A stretch of DNA of 64,000 nt, from positions 1,297 to 65,296 of the IMG/VR virus record IMGVR_UViG_3300009709_000004. One strand, given 5' to 3'. This document shows, piece by piece, positions 46,072-55,769 of this stretch (positions are counted from its first letter, which is position 1; every line of letters starts with the position of its first letter). The position numbers and the translations under genes are program-made. This stretch comes from a virus. Its lineage: Duplodnaviria; Caudoviricetes. A model generated the notes under the pieces. It was not told the origin of the DNA. It made no database searches and was given only the letters and a program-made list of their open reading frames with translations.

Positions 46072-46340
46072 AACTGCGTTCCGAGACCTGTATATGTCGG
46101 GTCCGACCCAGTTCCGTACGTATCAACCCAAAAAAAGTCACCGATAAACCCTAGGTACGCATCGCGTACTATGTTTCTCTGATTTAGGCAGATAACACCG
46201 CCAATAATTAGAGTGTTACCTACATAGACATCCATGAACATGCCCGTACTTTTTTGGTATATGTTTAGGGATGTCTGTTGACCTCCTAGATAACACGTCA
46301 AGGTTTGATTGGCCAATGACTGAATTGGAATTATCTGCAT
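46029..46340 (-). CDS. Small baseplate protein
   Basis: MQIIPIQSLANQ…GFIGDFFWVDT. TAATG-coupled. Confidence 0.7.
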   Translation of the reverse strand: MQIIPIQSLANQTLTCYLGGQQTSLNIYQKSTGMFMDVYVGNTLIIGGVICLNQRNIVRDAYLGFIGDFFWVDTYGTGSDPTYTGLGTQFQLWYVEADETFLG

Positions 46341-47359
46341 TACGGCCCCGCCGGGACATATGGTGTTCCGTCTGGATTAGGAATGGTTTGGCCGGGCTGT
46401 AACAGAGTAAGACCGCCTGTTGTGCTCGGCACATAAAACGGTTTATCCGCGACAAAGCCCGGGGTACCCAATCCCATCGCCATCGTATCTTGATCATAAA
46501 CTGGTGTGAGTGGCGCTGTACCGCCACTTAGCGGCGTGGTGGACGGCGTCCCGGTTGCCGGTGTCACAGTTATCTCGCCAACAGAATTACTTGATGCTGT
46601 CGAACTAGACACGGAGGTAGGCTGTACTGTACCGGTCTGTGTCTGTGGCGCGCCATCCGGTTGTTGTGCGCTGCCTGTCGGATTGGATACGCTGGCGCTC
46701 TGCGCGGGCTGCTGTTGGCCGTTAATGGTCACGTACTGCGCTGCACTGGGCTCGCGAATTTCCATGAGCCAAACTTCTACCAACAACAGCGTAGTGCCCT
46801 GATCGTTGCTGCGTCTATAAGCGTAGTGTGTTATGTTACAATTCGTGTATGCCGCTTCTGGTGTAACTACATTCACAAAAGATAAGGAGGCGGCCGCGTT
46901 TGCAACTGCTTGAAGAAAATCCGCCCGTGTAGATTGATTAGGGCTGCTGCCCATTAGTAATGTTCCAATGGCGCCTCCATTTAAAATAGTGCTCAAAAGA
47001 GATTGAGCGCCGCCGCAAGCAAACACCACCCTTACATCAAACGGGATTTCTACCTTATTATAATTTGCGAATGAACCCCCCTCAATCGGATATGACGGTA
47101 TTTTATAATCTTTAGCGTATTGAACAGATACCACGCTGTCTGCTAGCAACACCGGATCACCAGTAGACGCCGAAAATATTCCCCACCGTGGTCCCGGCGT
47201 CACGCCGAGGATTTGTAGTACTTGCGATGCGTCAGCCGTTAACAACGTTGCTGTATTCACCACCGAATTAAAAGATATAGGCGGCTGGTTAACGGCGGGT
47301 ACTCCGGGCGCTATAGGTACGTTCGGGTATTGCGGGACCGGGATATTCGGCATCGCCAT
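46340..47359 (-). CDS. Baseplate/tube-initiator protein
   Basis: WGIF, YPIEGGSFANYNKV..PF. Directly after the tape measure gene. Confidence 0.7.
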   Translation of the reverse strand: MAMPNIPVPQYPNVPIAPGVPAVNQPPISFNSVVNTATLLTADASQVLQILGVTPGPRWGIFSASTGDPVLLADSVVSVQYAKDYKIPSYPIEGGSFANYNKVEIPFDVRVVFACGGAQSLLSTILNGGAIGTLLMGSSPNQSTRADFLQAVANAAASLSFVNVVTPEAAYTNCNITHYAYRRSNDQGTTLLLVEVWLMEIREPSAAQYVTINGQQQPAQSASVSNPTGSAQQPDGAPQTQTGTVQPTSVSSSTASSNSVGEITVTPATGTPSTTPLSGGTAPLTPVYDQDTMAMGLGTPGFVADKPFYVPSTTGGLTLLQPGQTIPNPDGTPYVPAGP

Positions 47360-49365
47360 TAGCGTAATCCCGTATTGGCCTGCGGCACGTAGGCATATTT
47401 CTCAATCGCGCTGCTAATCCCCCTCGCTACACCATTTGCGTCAGTAGCTTGAGTGTTTACCGTAATTACACCTATGTTCGTCGTGCTGGAATTTGAGCTG
47501 CTTAATTGGCTGTTGCTATTACTATTCTGTACAAGAGAGGGAACAGATGCCGCCCCGACAATAGGCGCTCTAGATATTCCCATAGCTAGATTTTTATCTA
47601 GTGTTTGCTGTGTTTCCAACTGTTGCGAGCCTCCCGGTAGGGACGGCCACAAGCCCCGCAGCGCCGCCGCTATCTGCGCTCCATGTCCGCCTTCGGCCAC
47701 GTCCGCCTCAAGGCTCCGGCCGCCTGTCGCCGCGCGGTACCGTTGCGCGGCGTAAAACCACGCCGCCCGGTCCTGGCTGACAGGCGATCTATCTGTTAGA
47801 CCGAGCTGTGTTGACACTTCTTGCCATGTACTAGGCAAAAACTGATACCGACCGAATGCGCCCGATGTCGGGTTGATAGCAGAATAATTTCCTTTGCTCT
47901 CTGGCGCAGACAAAGCATCTAAGAACGCTTTTTTTGGCGCCGTCATGGTTTGATCTGCGATAGGTGAATTTCCGACTTCGATGGATGATCCGCCAGTCAA
48001 GCCTAGATATTTGCCCAAACCGGTAAACCGCGCCACCACGTAGCCGAGCACCCCCAATAGCGCCCCGCCAGCACTCACTGCGAGCCCAAAGCCCCCCGCG
48101 ACGGCCCCCAAGGCGGCCACCAGGCCACCCGTCAGGGCCACGGATAGCGCCAGGATAGCGCCGGTAAGCGCTGCAAAGGCCGCTTCTGCGACCCTTGGAT
48201 GCGCAACCAGCCATTCCATGACGCGCGTCAAAACTTGCAGAAAACCGACAAGCGCAGGCGTTAAATCTGTCAGAATGCGTCGGCCAAGGGTTCCCGAAGA
48301 TTGAGTTAGATCAAGCCATGCTCTTTGTAGCGCGATACCTGCTTCCGCATCTTCCTGCGTAGTATTACCTAGTCTGTGCTGTTGTTCTAGTAGTAACTCA
48401 ACGCCTTCTCTACCTTGTTCCAATAAACGAATAGTACCGGGATCAAGGCCCATCTGCTGACCGATCGTCATAGCGAGACGTGGGTCCATCGCTTTGAATG
48501 CGTTTGCGACGGACAGCAGAAGCGTAGGTAAATCCTTTAGCTGATCTGCATTTGTGATCCCAAGAAACCGCAAAGCCGGAACGATAGATGATTGTCCAGT
48601 TGTTAGAAGTTCCTCATACGAATTGGTCAAATTCTGCAATGACCCGGCGGTTGCTTGCGCCGAGCCACCGACGCGCTGCGCAGCACCTTCCCATTCGGAC
48701 AGAGTTTCCGTGGATAAAGTAAGGCTGGCAGCAAGCCGGCCTGTGCTTGCTTCGGCGCTCACTGTGTCGGCTATAAACGACCTAAGGCCGCGCCCGGCCG
48801 TAAAGATCGCAAACAGACCAAGAAGCTCGTTTCTAAGCTTTCCAGTCCGATCTATAGCCTCTTTCTGCTGTTTTTCTTGATCGTCAGCCTGCTTTTTTTC
48901 TTCGTTTGCTCTCGCTTTTTCCCTAGCTTTAGCTTCATCGGCAGCTTGTTTTTCCGCAGCTTCGGCTTCTTTGACGGCTTTTTCCTTGGCGCGCGCTAAA
49001 TCTTCCGCTGCTTTTTGTTGATCTTTAGCTGCTTGTTTGGCGTCTTTAACAGCTTGTTTTTGTGCGTTAGTCGCGTCTTTATCGGCCTGTTTTTGATCGG
49101 CGGCGGCTTTTTTTGCCGCATCTGCGGCGTCTTTGTCGGCCTGCTTTTTGTCAGCGGCAGCTTTCTTGGCGGCTTCGGCGGCATCTTGTGCAGCTTGTTT
49201 AGCAGCTGCGGCTTTTTCTCGTTCGGCTTTCAAAACCTCGACAACCGCCTCTTTAGCGGCTTGCTTAAACGCCCTTATAGCTGCCGTGGATTTTTTCTGC
49301 CCAGCTTCAAAACTAGAAGCGTCTAGGCCAAGCGTAATAAGAAGCTGGTCTATTACGGTTGGCAT
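47359..49365 (-). CDS. Tape measure protein with C-terminal lysozyme/lytic transglycosylase domain
   Basis: MPTVIDQLLITLGLD, A/K/Q-rich helical repeats, TM segments, ESKGNY…GAFGRYQFLPSTW…QDRAAW. Confidence 0.88.
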   Translation of the reverse strand: MPTVIDQLLITLGLDASSFEAGQKKSTAAIRAFKQAAKEAVVEVLKAEREKAAAAKQAAQDAAEAAKKAAADKKQADKDAADAAKKAAADQKQADKDATNAQKQAVKDAKQAAKDQQKAAEDLARAKEKAVKEAEAAEKQAADEAKAREKARANEEKKQADDQEKQQKEAIDRTGKLRNELLGLFAIFTAGRGLRSFIADTVSAEASTGRLAASLTLSTETLSEWEGAAQRVGGSAQATAGSLQNLTNSYEELLTTGQSSIVPALRFLGITNADQLKDLPTLLLSVANAFKAMDPRLAMTIGQQMGLDPGTIRLLEQGREGVELLLEQQHRLGNTTQEDAEAGIALQRAWLDLTQSSGTLGRRILTDLTPALVGFLQVLTRVMEWLVAHPRVAEAAFAALTGAILALSVALTGGLVAALGAVAGGFGLAVSAGGALLGVLGYVVARFTGLGKYLGLTGGSSIEVGNSPIADQTMTAPKKAFLDALSAPESKGNYSAINPTSGAFGRYQFLPSTWQEVSTQLGLTDRSPVSQDRAAWFYAAQRYRAATGGRSLEADVAEGGHGAQIAAALRGLWPSLPGGSQQLETQQTLDKNLAMGISRAPIVGAASVPSLVQNSNSNSQLSSSNSSTTNIGVITVNTQATDANGVARGISSAIEKYAYVPQANTGLR

Positions 49366-49604
49366 TAGTCGCGATCTTTCCTTTTCATCAACATTTGCTG
49401 ATTATGGTTATTAACAGCTATAATTTCTATAAACTTATATAAATCCTCGGTTCCGTATACCGTCTGCAATTCATAAAGGGTAGCTAGGCCGCTTGATACT
49501 ACGGCTCCAATGGCTCGGTTGATGTTGACGTATTCAATGATTCCGCGAGTTTCGCCAACGAGTACTCGCGCAACTTCGCAATCTCGCCAGCTACGGAAAA
49601 ACCC
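49365..49604 (-). CDS. -1 frameshift extension of the tail assembly chaperone
   Basis: In-frame slippery site G GGT TTT at 49604-49598. The -1 frame encodes YVNINRAIGAVVSSGLATLYELQTVYGTEDLYKFIEII and ends in TAATG overlapping the TMP start. Confidence 0.75.
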   Translation of the reverse strand, partial: GFFRSWRDCEVARVLVGETRGIIEYVNINRAIGAVVSSGLATLYELQTVYGTEDLYKFIEIIAVNNHNQQMLMKRKDRD

Positions 49605-49984
49605 AAGTGAAGCTCCAACACCGCATCCCGTAGGCGAAGTCGGGTGGACACTTCCTCGATTTGAGATGACATTACCGGGTCTTTGATCCGCATCTGCGGC
49701 GAACCCGGCGGAATGAGCGCCACACAGCCGAACATTTCATCCAGCAACGGCTTCAGCTCCGCCCAAGGGATAGAACCGAATGCCTTGATCCCAACCATGA
49801 CGATGCCCGCCATGCCTCGATCTAGAACGTCTGGCGGTATTTCATTATTCGATCTGCCTAGCGCGCCCAGTGCGCGGGCCGCCCATGCCTCGGCTTGCTC
49901 CGCCGCCATTTCGGTGATTTCAAAGATTTTGCCGTTATCACGATCATCGCTAGATATCGTGATCTGCGTGACTTTGCGTGCCAT
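49499..49984 (-). CDS. Tail assembly chaperone
   Basis: RDNGKIFEITEMAAEQAEAWA…IEEVSTRLRLR. Between the tube and TMP genes. Confidence 0.8.
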   Translation of the reverse strand: MARKVTQITISSDDRDNGKIFEITEMAAEQAEAWAARALGALGRSNNEIPPDVLDRGMAGIVMVGIKAFGSIPWAELKPLLDEMFGCVALIPPGSPQMRIKDPVMSSQIEEVSTRLRLRDAVLELHLGFSVAGEIAKLREYSLAKLAESLNTSTSTEPLEP

Positions 49985-49985
49985 G

Positions 49986-50432
49986 TTAAGGTGACGGTGA
50001 TTGCAGAACACTCTGCCAATGGATCGAAAAACTTCTGGGTTTTAGTATCGTTCCGGCATCTGGCATCGGTTTATAGCCGATAAGAATACCGCGATTAAGC
50101 GCCCAGCTCTGTCCCAGCGACGGAAATATGATTACGCCTGACGCGAAATATACTTCGCGGGCCGCTTCGCTCGCGCTCCACCACGTATCGAAATACGCTA
50201 TGGATGTACTGTCAGCCTGTAGCTCATATTTTTGCTTCTTGATGGTCGCGCGCCAGCCCGCCGACATGCCGCCATCCACGCCAATAACAGTTTCGGCACT
50301 TTCTAGATCGTCCATGCTGACAACATTATCAGCTGAAAACCCCTGAAGCTGAAACGGGGTTGTCAGCAATGCCGGCACCGTCAGCGTAATAGCCGAGTTA
50401 GCGGCGGTAAGAGTTGGGGTCGTGAGGGACAT
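49986..50432 (-). CDS. Tail tube protein
   Basis: TLTAANS, LQGFSADN, GVDG.MSAG, LQADS.S. Follows the sheath gene. Confidence 0.85.
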   Translation of the reverse strand: MSLTTPTLTAANSAITLTVPALLTTPFQLQGFSADNVVSMDDLESAETVIGVDGGMSAGWRATIKKQKYELQADSTSIAYFDTWWSASEAAREVYFASGVIIFPSLGQSWALNRGILIGYKPMPDAGTILKPRSFSIHWQSVLQSPSP

Positions 50433-50433
50433 G

Positions 50434-52380
50434 CTACTGAACCTCCGTTGAGTTCAGACTAAGTTTGTTAATATTGCCGCCGTCTACGTACCAGAAATTT
50501 GCGGGCGGCGATCCTCGATTAGCCCGAACCTGTGCGCTGGCAGCAAGAATTTGCACATACCAGCCGCGAGACGAGAGGAATGTGTCGATCTTGGTGCCGG
50601 CTTGATAATTGACTTCGGCAATCTGAGCCTGCGATAACGGCACATTCGGCGTTATAGAGCCAAAATTAACCGCAGACTGAATCGGATCAAGAAGCGCTGC
50701 ATAAATGAGAGCGTACCCGGAAGGTGCATACGGTATCGATTTTACCGTCGTGTACAAAGTCATAACGGCCAGCTGTAAAGCGGCGTTTAGACTAATCTGG
50801 TTTACGTAACTATCCGCCCACTGAAAAGGTCCGGTAACCGACCCGGGAAACAAAAACTGAAAATCTGCATCACTTTCAGCAGAAACCAATCCGTAATAAT
50901 TATAGCCGTTCGCCACAAGATTTGTCGCGGCTGTCGCGGTAGACACCGTAGTCGGCAGTCCCGATTGGGATTTGTAAGCGAATGCCGTTCGGCCATTCAC
51001 CTCATTGAAATTGATAGATGCAACCAAGCCGGCTACGAATGATGCATAATTGTAATCAGTGGGCTCATAGATCAGGAATGTGCCCGAATTGCCGTTCTGC
51101 TGAAGGATGTAGCCGAGCGATGATGTGGCTTGCGTGCTTTCCGTGGGCGTGATGTCCGTGTCGAAGCATATGTACATAAACTCGTCGTCAGTGCCATTAA
51201 CCCACTGAGCAAAGAGCTGTTTTTGTGCGTTGCCGTTGCCGCCGTCCGGGTCGAAAAGGGTAAAGAATGTTGCCCAGTTCGTGGTAATAGCGATGATGTT
51301 AGTCATGAACGCGATGGGCGTAGCAGCTTGCGACCCCTGCGACAAAACCGCACCCGTAGCCGATGTGAGCGCCAGCGATGCGGATAGCGTGCCCGTCGCG
51401 AACGTAATGGTGCCCGTGCCCGGCGTACCGCCCGTCGCAACGAATGCATTCGATACGCTATCATAAGTGAATACCAGCTGGCCGGCGGATATGGCCTCAG
51501 ATGCGACAGTCTGTGCCCCGCCGGATATGATGTAAGTACCCGTACCACCGGTGCCGGTGCCCAGCTGCGTAATCGTAGAGCCCGACAATACGCTGCTGCC
51601 GCTCAATGTCTGTCCGACAGCAAACGTGCCGGAACCCATAGTCGTGACCGTCATCAAGCCGTAATTCTGCGTAATAGTCTCAGATGCAACATTCTGCGAT
51701 ATGCTAACGATGTATGTACCCACACCGCCCGTAGTGCCGCTGGCTTGTGATAAGATCGCGGTGCCAGTAGAAACATTGGAACCGGATAGCACGCCGCCGA
51801 TGACGATCGAACCCGCTGTTGCCGTTGTCACGGTCATTAGGTTGCCGGTTATCGATCCGGTAAACGTAATGACAGAACCAGCAGCAATAGACGCAGCCGT
51901 AGCAACCGCATCAAAATCAGACGGGAAATCGTTGGTGATAATAGTGGCGGCGCTGGAAAAGCTTGTAGCCGCTGCGAGGGATATCGTGCTGCTCGTGCGA
52001 GTCACACCATTGACCACCAAGGACAGCGTCCCGGATAGCGCTTGGAGCTGCGCTAATGTCAGTGATCCCAGGCTTCCGCCGCGCAAATAGGGATAGACCG
52101 CCGTTTGTGGGTACTGCGTAAACAGCATCGCGCCGGGCTTTTGGTCGCTATTCGTAAAGCCGTTGAAGTACACGGTAGCGGCTGCCGCTTGTTTTGATGT
52201 CGCGCCGAAATACGCGGCAACAGCGGCTTGTGTCGGAAAGGACAAGATCGATCCGATCGGCACGCGCGTGCCGCCATCCAACGCCAGGCCGATCATTTGC
52301 AGACCTTGGCCGCCCGCGCCCAACACCCCGGGGATGACATCCACGTAAAGGCTGGCCGGGATACTCGCGGTATAACTCAT
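50434..52380 (-). CDS. Tail sheath protein (DUF3383)
   Basis: IPAS..V.VIPGVL.AGG, NWATF, GGNYYG-like segment, GPFQWADSYVNQI, RANRGSPP. Confidence 0.9.
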   Translation of the reverse strand: MSYTASIPASLYVDVIPGVLGAGGQGLQMIGLALDGGTRVPIGSILSFPTQAAVAAYFGATSKQAAAATVYFNGFTNSDQKPGAMLFTQYPQTAVYPYLRGGSLGSLTLAQLQALSGTLSLVVNGVTRTSSTISLAAATSFSSAATIITNDFPSDFDAVATAASIAAGSVITFTGSITGNLMTVTTATAGSIVIGGVLSGSNVSTGTAILSQASGTTGGVGTYIVSISQNVASETITQNYGLMTVTTMGSGTFAVGQTLSGSSVLSGSTITQLGTGTGGTGTYIISGGAQTVASEAISAGQLVFTYDSVSNAFVATGGTPGTGTITFATGTLSASLALTSATGAVLSQGSQAATPIAFMTNIIAITTNWATFFTLFDPDGGNGNAQKQLFAQWVNGTDDEFMYICFDTDITPTESTQATSSLGYILQQNGNSGTFLIYEPTDYNYASFVAGLVASINFNEVNGRTAFAYKSQSGLPTTVSTATAATNLVANGYNYYGLVSAESDADFQFLFPGSVTGPFQWADSYVNQISLNAALQLAVMTLYTTVKSIPYAPSGYALIYAALLDPIQSAVNFGSITPNVPLSQAQIAEVNYQAGTKIDTFLSSRGWYVQILAASAQVRANRGSPPANFWYVDGGNINKLSLNSTEVQ

Positions 52381-52391
52381 GAGACAAGCTC

Positions 52392-53129
52392 CTACGACTT
52401 AGCCGGTAATTGGAAAATATTAGTTACAAACTGGGTAAAGAACTGTTGCGGAGTTATGACCATTTGATTTGCTTGCATATGCAGATCCATCGACCATCGC
52501 CGCTCATACTGCGACTCTGCATTCATGAACGGCATTTGGTGTGCTTGATCTGCGTATAGCGGCGCTACGCCTAGACCAGTTTCATCAAAAAACCTGCACG
52601 CATAATAATCACGAAATAGCGTGGCGATTATCTGCACATTATCAGCCGAACACGGGCCGTGAACATCCACCTGAACCGTGACCCGCGTGGATTGCTCTTT
52701 GGTCGCGGTGCCGGCAAACAACGAAGCCGCGTTAAGAGGCACAAGCGGGGCGCATGAAATTTGATACGTGCCCGGGCCGCCAAGCGGGCCGCCGGCGTTC
52801 GTGATCTGACATTGAATAGTCGTGTTTGGCAGAACGTTTTCGCCGAACAGCGGGGCGCCAGCTATAATCGTACCCAACGATACAGATGCGACTGTCAATA
52901 CATTATCTGATGTACTGCCGATGAGCGCGCAATCACCAAACGTATTGATGTTCGTATTCATCCGAACACGGAACAAAGGCGTTAGCTCTATCCAGTCTTT
53001 GGCGCGCGGTTCCGGCACGCGATTATCCTGCGATAAGACGATTTCAATGTCCCGGGGCATAATATCGCGCAGGAATGCGGCGAGCGCTGACATGACTTGA
53101 TAGTCAGTCAGGGACAGCGATACGGCCAT
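52392..53129 (-). CDS. Tail completion/neck protein
   Basis: SQDNRVPEP, QVDVHG, PLYAD…PFMNAESQYE.RW. Confidence 0.8.
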   Translation of the reverse strand: MAVSLSLTDYQVMSALAAFLRDIMPRDIEIVLSQDNRVPEPRAKDWIELTPLFRVRMNTNINTFGDCALIGSTSDNVLTVASVSLGTIIAGAPLFGENVLPNTTIQCQITNAGGPLGGPGTYQISCAPLVPLNAASLFAGTATKEQSTRVTVQVDVHGPCSADNVQIIATLFRDYYACRFFDETGLGVAPLYADQAHQMPFMNAESQYERRWSMDLHMQANQMVITPQQFFTQFVTNIFQLPAKS

Positions 53130-53163
53130 GACGGCGCCTAGCTAGGATGCGGTTTGTCGGGCT

Positions 53164-53246
53164 TCAGAAGGCGCTACAGGCCGGTCTGCCGTCAAGCGGC
53201 TACCGTTGGGGCGGAAAAGCGCTGGATGGCGTGTAGCGCCTTCTGA
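53164..53246. repeat. Dispersed long-hairpin element, variant copy F
   Basis: Perfect arms tcagaaggcgctaca and tgtagcgccttctga. Confidence 0.75.
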
Positions 53247-53277
53247 GACCAAAAATGGGCACAAATCGCGCCGAAAT

Positions 53278-53601
53278 TTACGGGTAGGACACCACCACAC
53301 GTTTGCCCGACGCGAGCATCGTTTGCGTGATTTTCTGCTTCCCGCCAAACCATGACATATAAATATGTTCACGCCCCTGAACAATGTATTTGTTATTTTT
53401 ATTCTTTGTCAATTCTGAGTTTTTTATTAGATGTTCAATTTTCTTACTAATCCGTGTTTTGGGGCTTTTAGGCCATGTTCTACTATCGAGAAAATGCTGG
53501 GGATAAATAAATATGCGCGACGGCCGACGTTTGGGGAAACGCCGCATCGAGGTACGGATTAAAGCACGATCAGCCCAAAGCTCGCATTTGTATGACAGCA
53601 T
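53278..53601 (-). CDS. Hypothetical basic protein (moron)
   Basis: 107-aa K/R-rich ORF, partly AT-rich. Confidence 0.4.
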   Translation of the reverse strand: MLSYKCELWADRALIRTSMRRFPKRRPSRIFIYPQHFLDSRTWPKSPKTRISKKIEHLIKNSELTKNKNNKYIVQGREHIYMSWFGGKQKITQTMLASGKRVVVSYP

Positions 53602-53605
53602 TACA

Positions 53606-53887
53606 CTACTCTACAAGATGTAACTTAAAGCCGCGTACCGGGCGATCATCTTCCTCGGCATCGCACGGCGGAAACTCGATCCGGGCTTGATCTGCCGCTG
53701 CGCCGGTAATTTCATCCAATAAAACGCGCATGCGTTTTACCTCGACCAAAGCCAGTTCCAGCTGCCGCCGCAGCCGATCAATGTCCATTTCCCAATGCGC
53801 GAAAATGAACGGAAACTGATCTAGGGACTGCCGGATCAGCGCTAAGCGCTGATCCGCAGTCAAATCTTGTTCGTCGGCGTCTATCAC
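53606..53887 (-). CDS. Hypothetical protein (moron)
   Basis: GTG at 53887 overlaps the upstream TGA. Confidence 0.45.
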   Translation of the reverse strand: MIDADEQDLTADQRLALIRQSLDQFPFIFAHWEMDIDRLRRQLELALVEVKRMRVLLDEITGAAADQARIEFPPCDAEEDDRPVRGFKLHLVE

Positions 53888-54054
53888 GAGAGTTTCGCGC
53901 AGACGTAGACCAGTGTGAAGATCAGCGCTAGGATCGGATAAAGAACGACCCGCTTCAGCCATTCCGAAGCGCCAGGAAACATCGCCGGCTTGGTCGGAAT
54001 GTACTCCCGCGCTTTGGCCGCAGGTCGATAGTCATCAAGTTCGATCACTGGCAT
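53884..54054 (-). CDS. Small protein with C-terminal TM (moron)
   Basis: AGGGAG SD. MPVIELDDY…VVLYPILALIFTLVYV. Confidence 0.55.
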   Translation of the reverse strand: MPVIELDDYRPAAKAREYIPTKPAMFPGASEWLKRVVLYPILALIFTLVYVCAKLS

Positions 54055-54075
54055 TTGCCGCTCCCTAATAGACGC

Positions 54076-54097
54076 ACCGCTGTCTATATACAGCGGT
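54076..54097. promoter_or_regulatory. Third copy of the CGCTGT-N6-ACAGCG operator-like palindrome
   Basis: accgctgtctatatacagcggt. Confidence 0.6.
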
Positions 54098-54100
54098 CTG

Positions 54101-54304
54101 TCACGCGCGGCGACCGGGCCATGGGTAGCTACGGCTGACATTGGGCGGGGCGGCGTTGGGCGCGGTCACGGCGGCCGGCTGCACGTCTTTGCCGGCAGCG
54201 CGATACGCAGCTGCTACGGCTTGCTTTTGTGGATATCCCGCATCCACCATTTCTTTGATATTCGCTGACAAGGTTTGCGGGCTTGAGCCTTTTTTGAGCG
54301 GCAT
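54101..54304 (-). CDS. Small conserved phage protein (MPLKKG…QAVAAAY type)
   Basis: MPLKKGSSPQTLSANIKEMVDAGYPQKQAVAAAY. AGGAG SD. Confidence 0.75.
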   Translation of the reverse strand: MPLKKGSSPQTLSANIKEMVDAGYPQKQAVAAAYRAAGKDVQPAAVTAPNAAPPNVSRSYPWPGRRA

Positions 54305-54313
54305 TTTCTGCTC

Positions 54314-54703
54314 CTAAGCGATTTCAGGGGGCTGCGTTTCATTTTGCATGGTAACGGCTACTTTGCACCAGTCAGGCCACTTTTCTAATACGCCAACCAC
54401 AAGCCAATAGCGGTTATTGGCGAATATGAGATCACCGCCTTTTGCTAGGATGCGGATCGCGCCACTCAATGCGCCGTTCATATATATTGTTGTGTCAACG
54501 CTTTGAAGGTTCATGCCTTCAAGCTTTTTCAGATCACTCTGCGCGGCCGCTTGTATCTGCACGTAGGCAGTAACCGGCGGTGCATAGATCGGGGTGCGCC
54601 CCGCATTCGGCAGCGATTTATAGCCTATGTTTTGATACAGACCTGCAGCAACTTCCGGATTAACCGAAGCTATGGCACCGCGCACAATGTTATGCAAATT
54701 CAT
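54314..54703 (-). CDS. Head-closure/adaptor protein
   Basis: MNLHNIVRGAI, GGDL, WLVVGVLEKWPDWCKV. Confidence 0.8.
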   Translation of the reverse strand: MNLHNIVRGAIASVNPEVAAGLYQNIGYKSLPNAGRTPIYAPPVTAYVQIQAAAQSDLKKLEGMNLQSVDTTIYMNGALSGAIRILAKGGDLIFANNRYWLVVGVLEKWPDWCKVAVTMQNETQPPEIA

Positions 54704-55290
54704 GTGTTGATGACGTTATATTCAGCGCTATTCCACATAAACCCAGTATCAATTAAGGGCTTGTCATGGCCTTTTTTCGCGATCGTACTTGGCGCATTTG
54801 GCGGTTCCCAAAGATCGTTTATGGACTGCCGCAGCTGGCCAACTATCAATTCGCCCATCATGCTTAAGGTCAAATTGACATCGTAATCGTTCATTTCAAG
54901 ACGCTTGGCGATTTCCTCGCCCCACGTGTTCCCGTACTGAGCGATCATGTTCCGAAAAAACGGCCTAGGTGGGATGTTTATGACATGCGCGCCGACATAG
55001 TGATCTGATGCAAAGTCTGCTTTAGATTTTTTAACAAATTTGCCTTGTTTCGCAAAACCGGTGCCGTCTTTGTTCAGCTTTCGATAAACAGTAGTCGTAG
55101 TCGGTTCGCGCTCTATTCTGGCACCAAATTCGTTAATGAATGCGATATAGGCAACAGATTCACCGGTTTCCGGATAGGTCTTGTTACCGAGAAATCCAAC
55201 TTGTACCGTAGGCTGTTTTCCTACGCTGAGCTTCTTGCCGATTTCGGCTAGAACCTTGACCGCTTTTTCGCCGCCTGTGACGCCCGACAT
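54700..55290 (-). CDS. Neck/virion morphogenesis protein
   Basis: YP.G.SVAYIA.INEFG, IPPRPFFR, PNAPSTIAKKG..KPLIDTG. Start at the TAATG overlap. Confidence 0.8.
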   Translation of the reverse strand: MSGVTGGEKAVKVLAEIGKKLSVGKQPTVQVGFLGNKTYPETGESVAYIAFINEFGARIEREPTTTTVYRKLNKDGTGFAKQGKFVKKSKADFASDHYVGAHVINIPPRPFFRNMIAQYGNTWGEEIAKRLEMNDYDVNLTLSMMGELIVGQLRQSINDLWEPPNAPSTIAKKGHDKPLIDTGFMWNSAEYNVINT

Positions 55291-55769
55291 TACCAGCCCC
55301 GACCATAATAGCCGCGACCATAGTAGCCGCCATAGGGACCAACGCCAAGATATGGCTGCGGTCCCGACGTATACCGAAACGTCCGATAGACCGCTGTCGC
55401 CGTCCAAAATGCGGCGCCGTACTTGGTTTGCAAGAACCATGCGCCGTTAGGATCATCAGGCATAACCGCTGACACGGATACGCTGCCTTCCGAAGCAGTG
55501 GACACGCGGCCAACAAGATCGGGCGCCGGTTGCCCATGCATGGGCTGAAACAGCTTTGCTAGATGCGCTACCAACATATTCAGCAGTGTCAGACGTTTGC
55601 GCGGATTACGCACAAGGCTATAAGGCCCGCTATCGAGATACAGCGTTGCCGTATCAAAATACATCTGCGCTTCGCCGGGGCTTACGCTGCCGTTGAACTC
55701 CGGATACGATATCTGCCAAAGCGAATAGTCAAAGCAAACCGGCCCGCAGGGCGTACATGTACCAGACAT
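55290..55769 (-). CDS. Head-tail connector (DUF4054)
   Basis: YPEF, LVAHLA.L, VGRVSTASEGSVSVS, W..QTKYGAAFW. Confidence 0.85.
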   Translation of the reverse strand: MSGTCTPCGPVCFDYSLWQISYPEFNGSVSPGEAQMYFDTATLYLDSGPYSLVRNPRKRLTLLNMLVAHLAKLFQPMHGQPAPDLVGRVSTASEGSVSVSAVMPDDPNGAWFLQTKYGAAFWTATAVYRTFRYTSGPQPYLGVGPYGGYYGRGYYGRGW

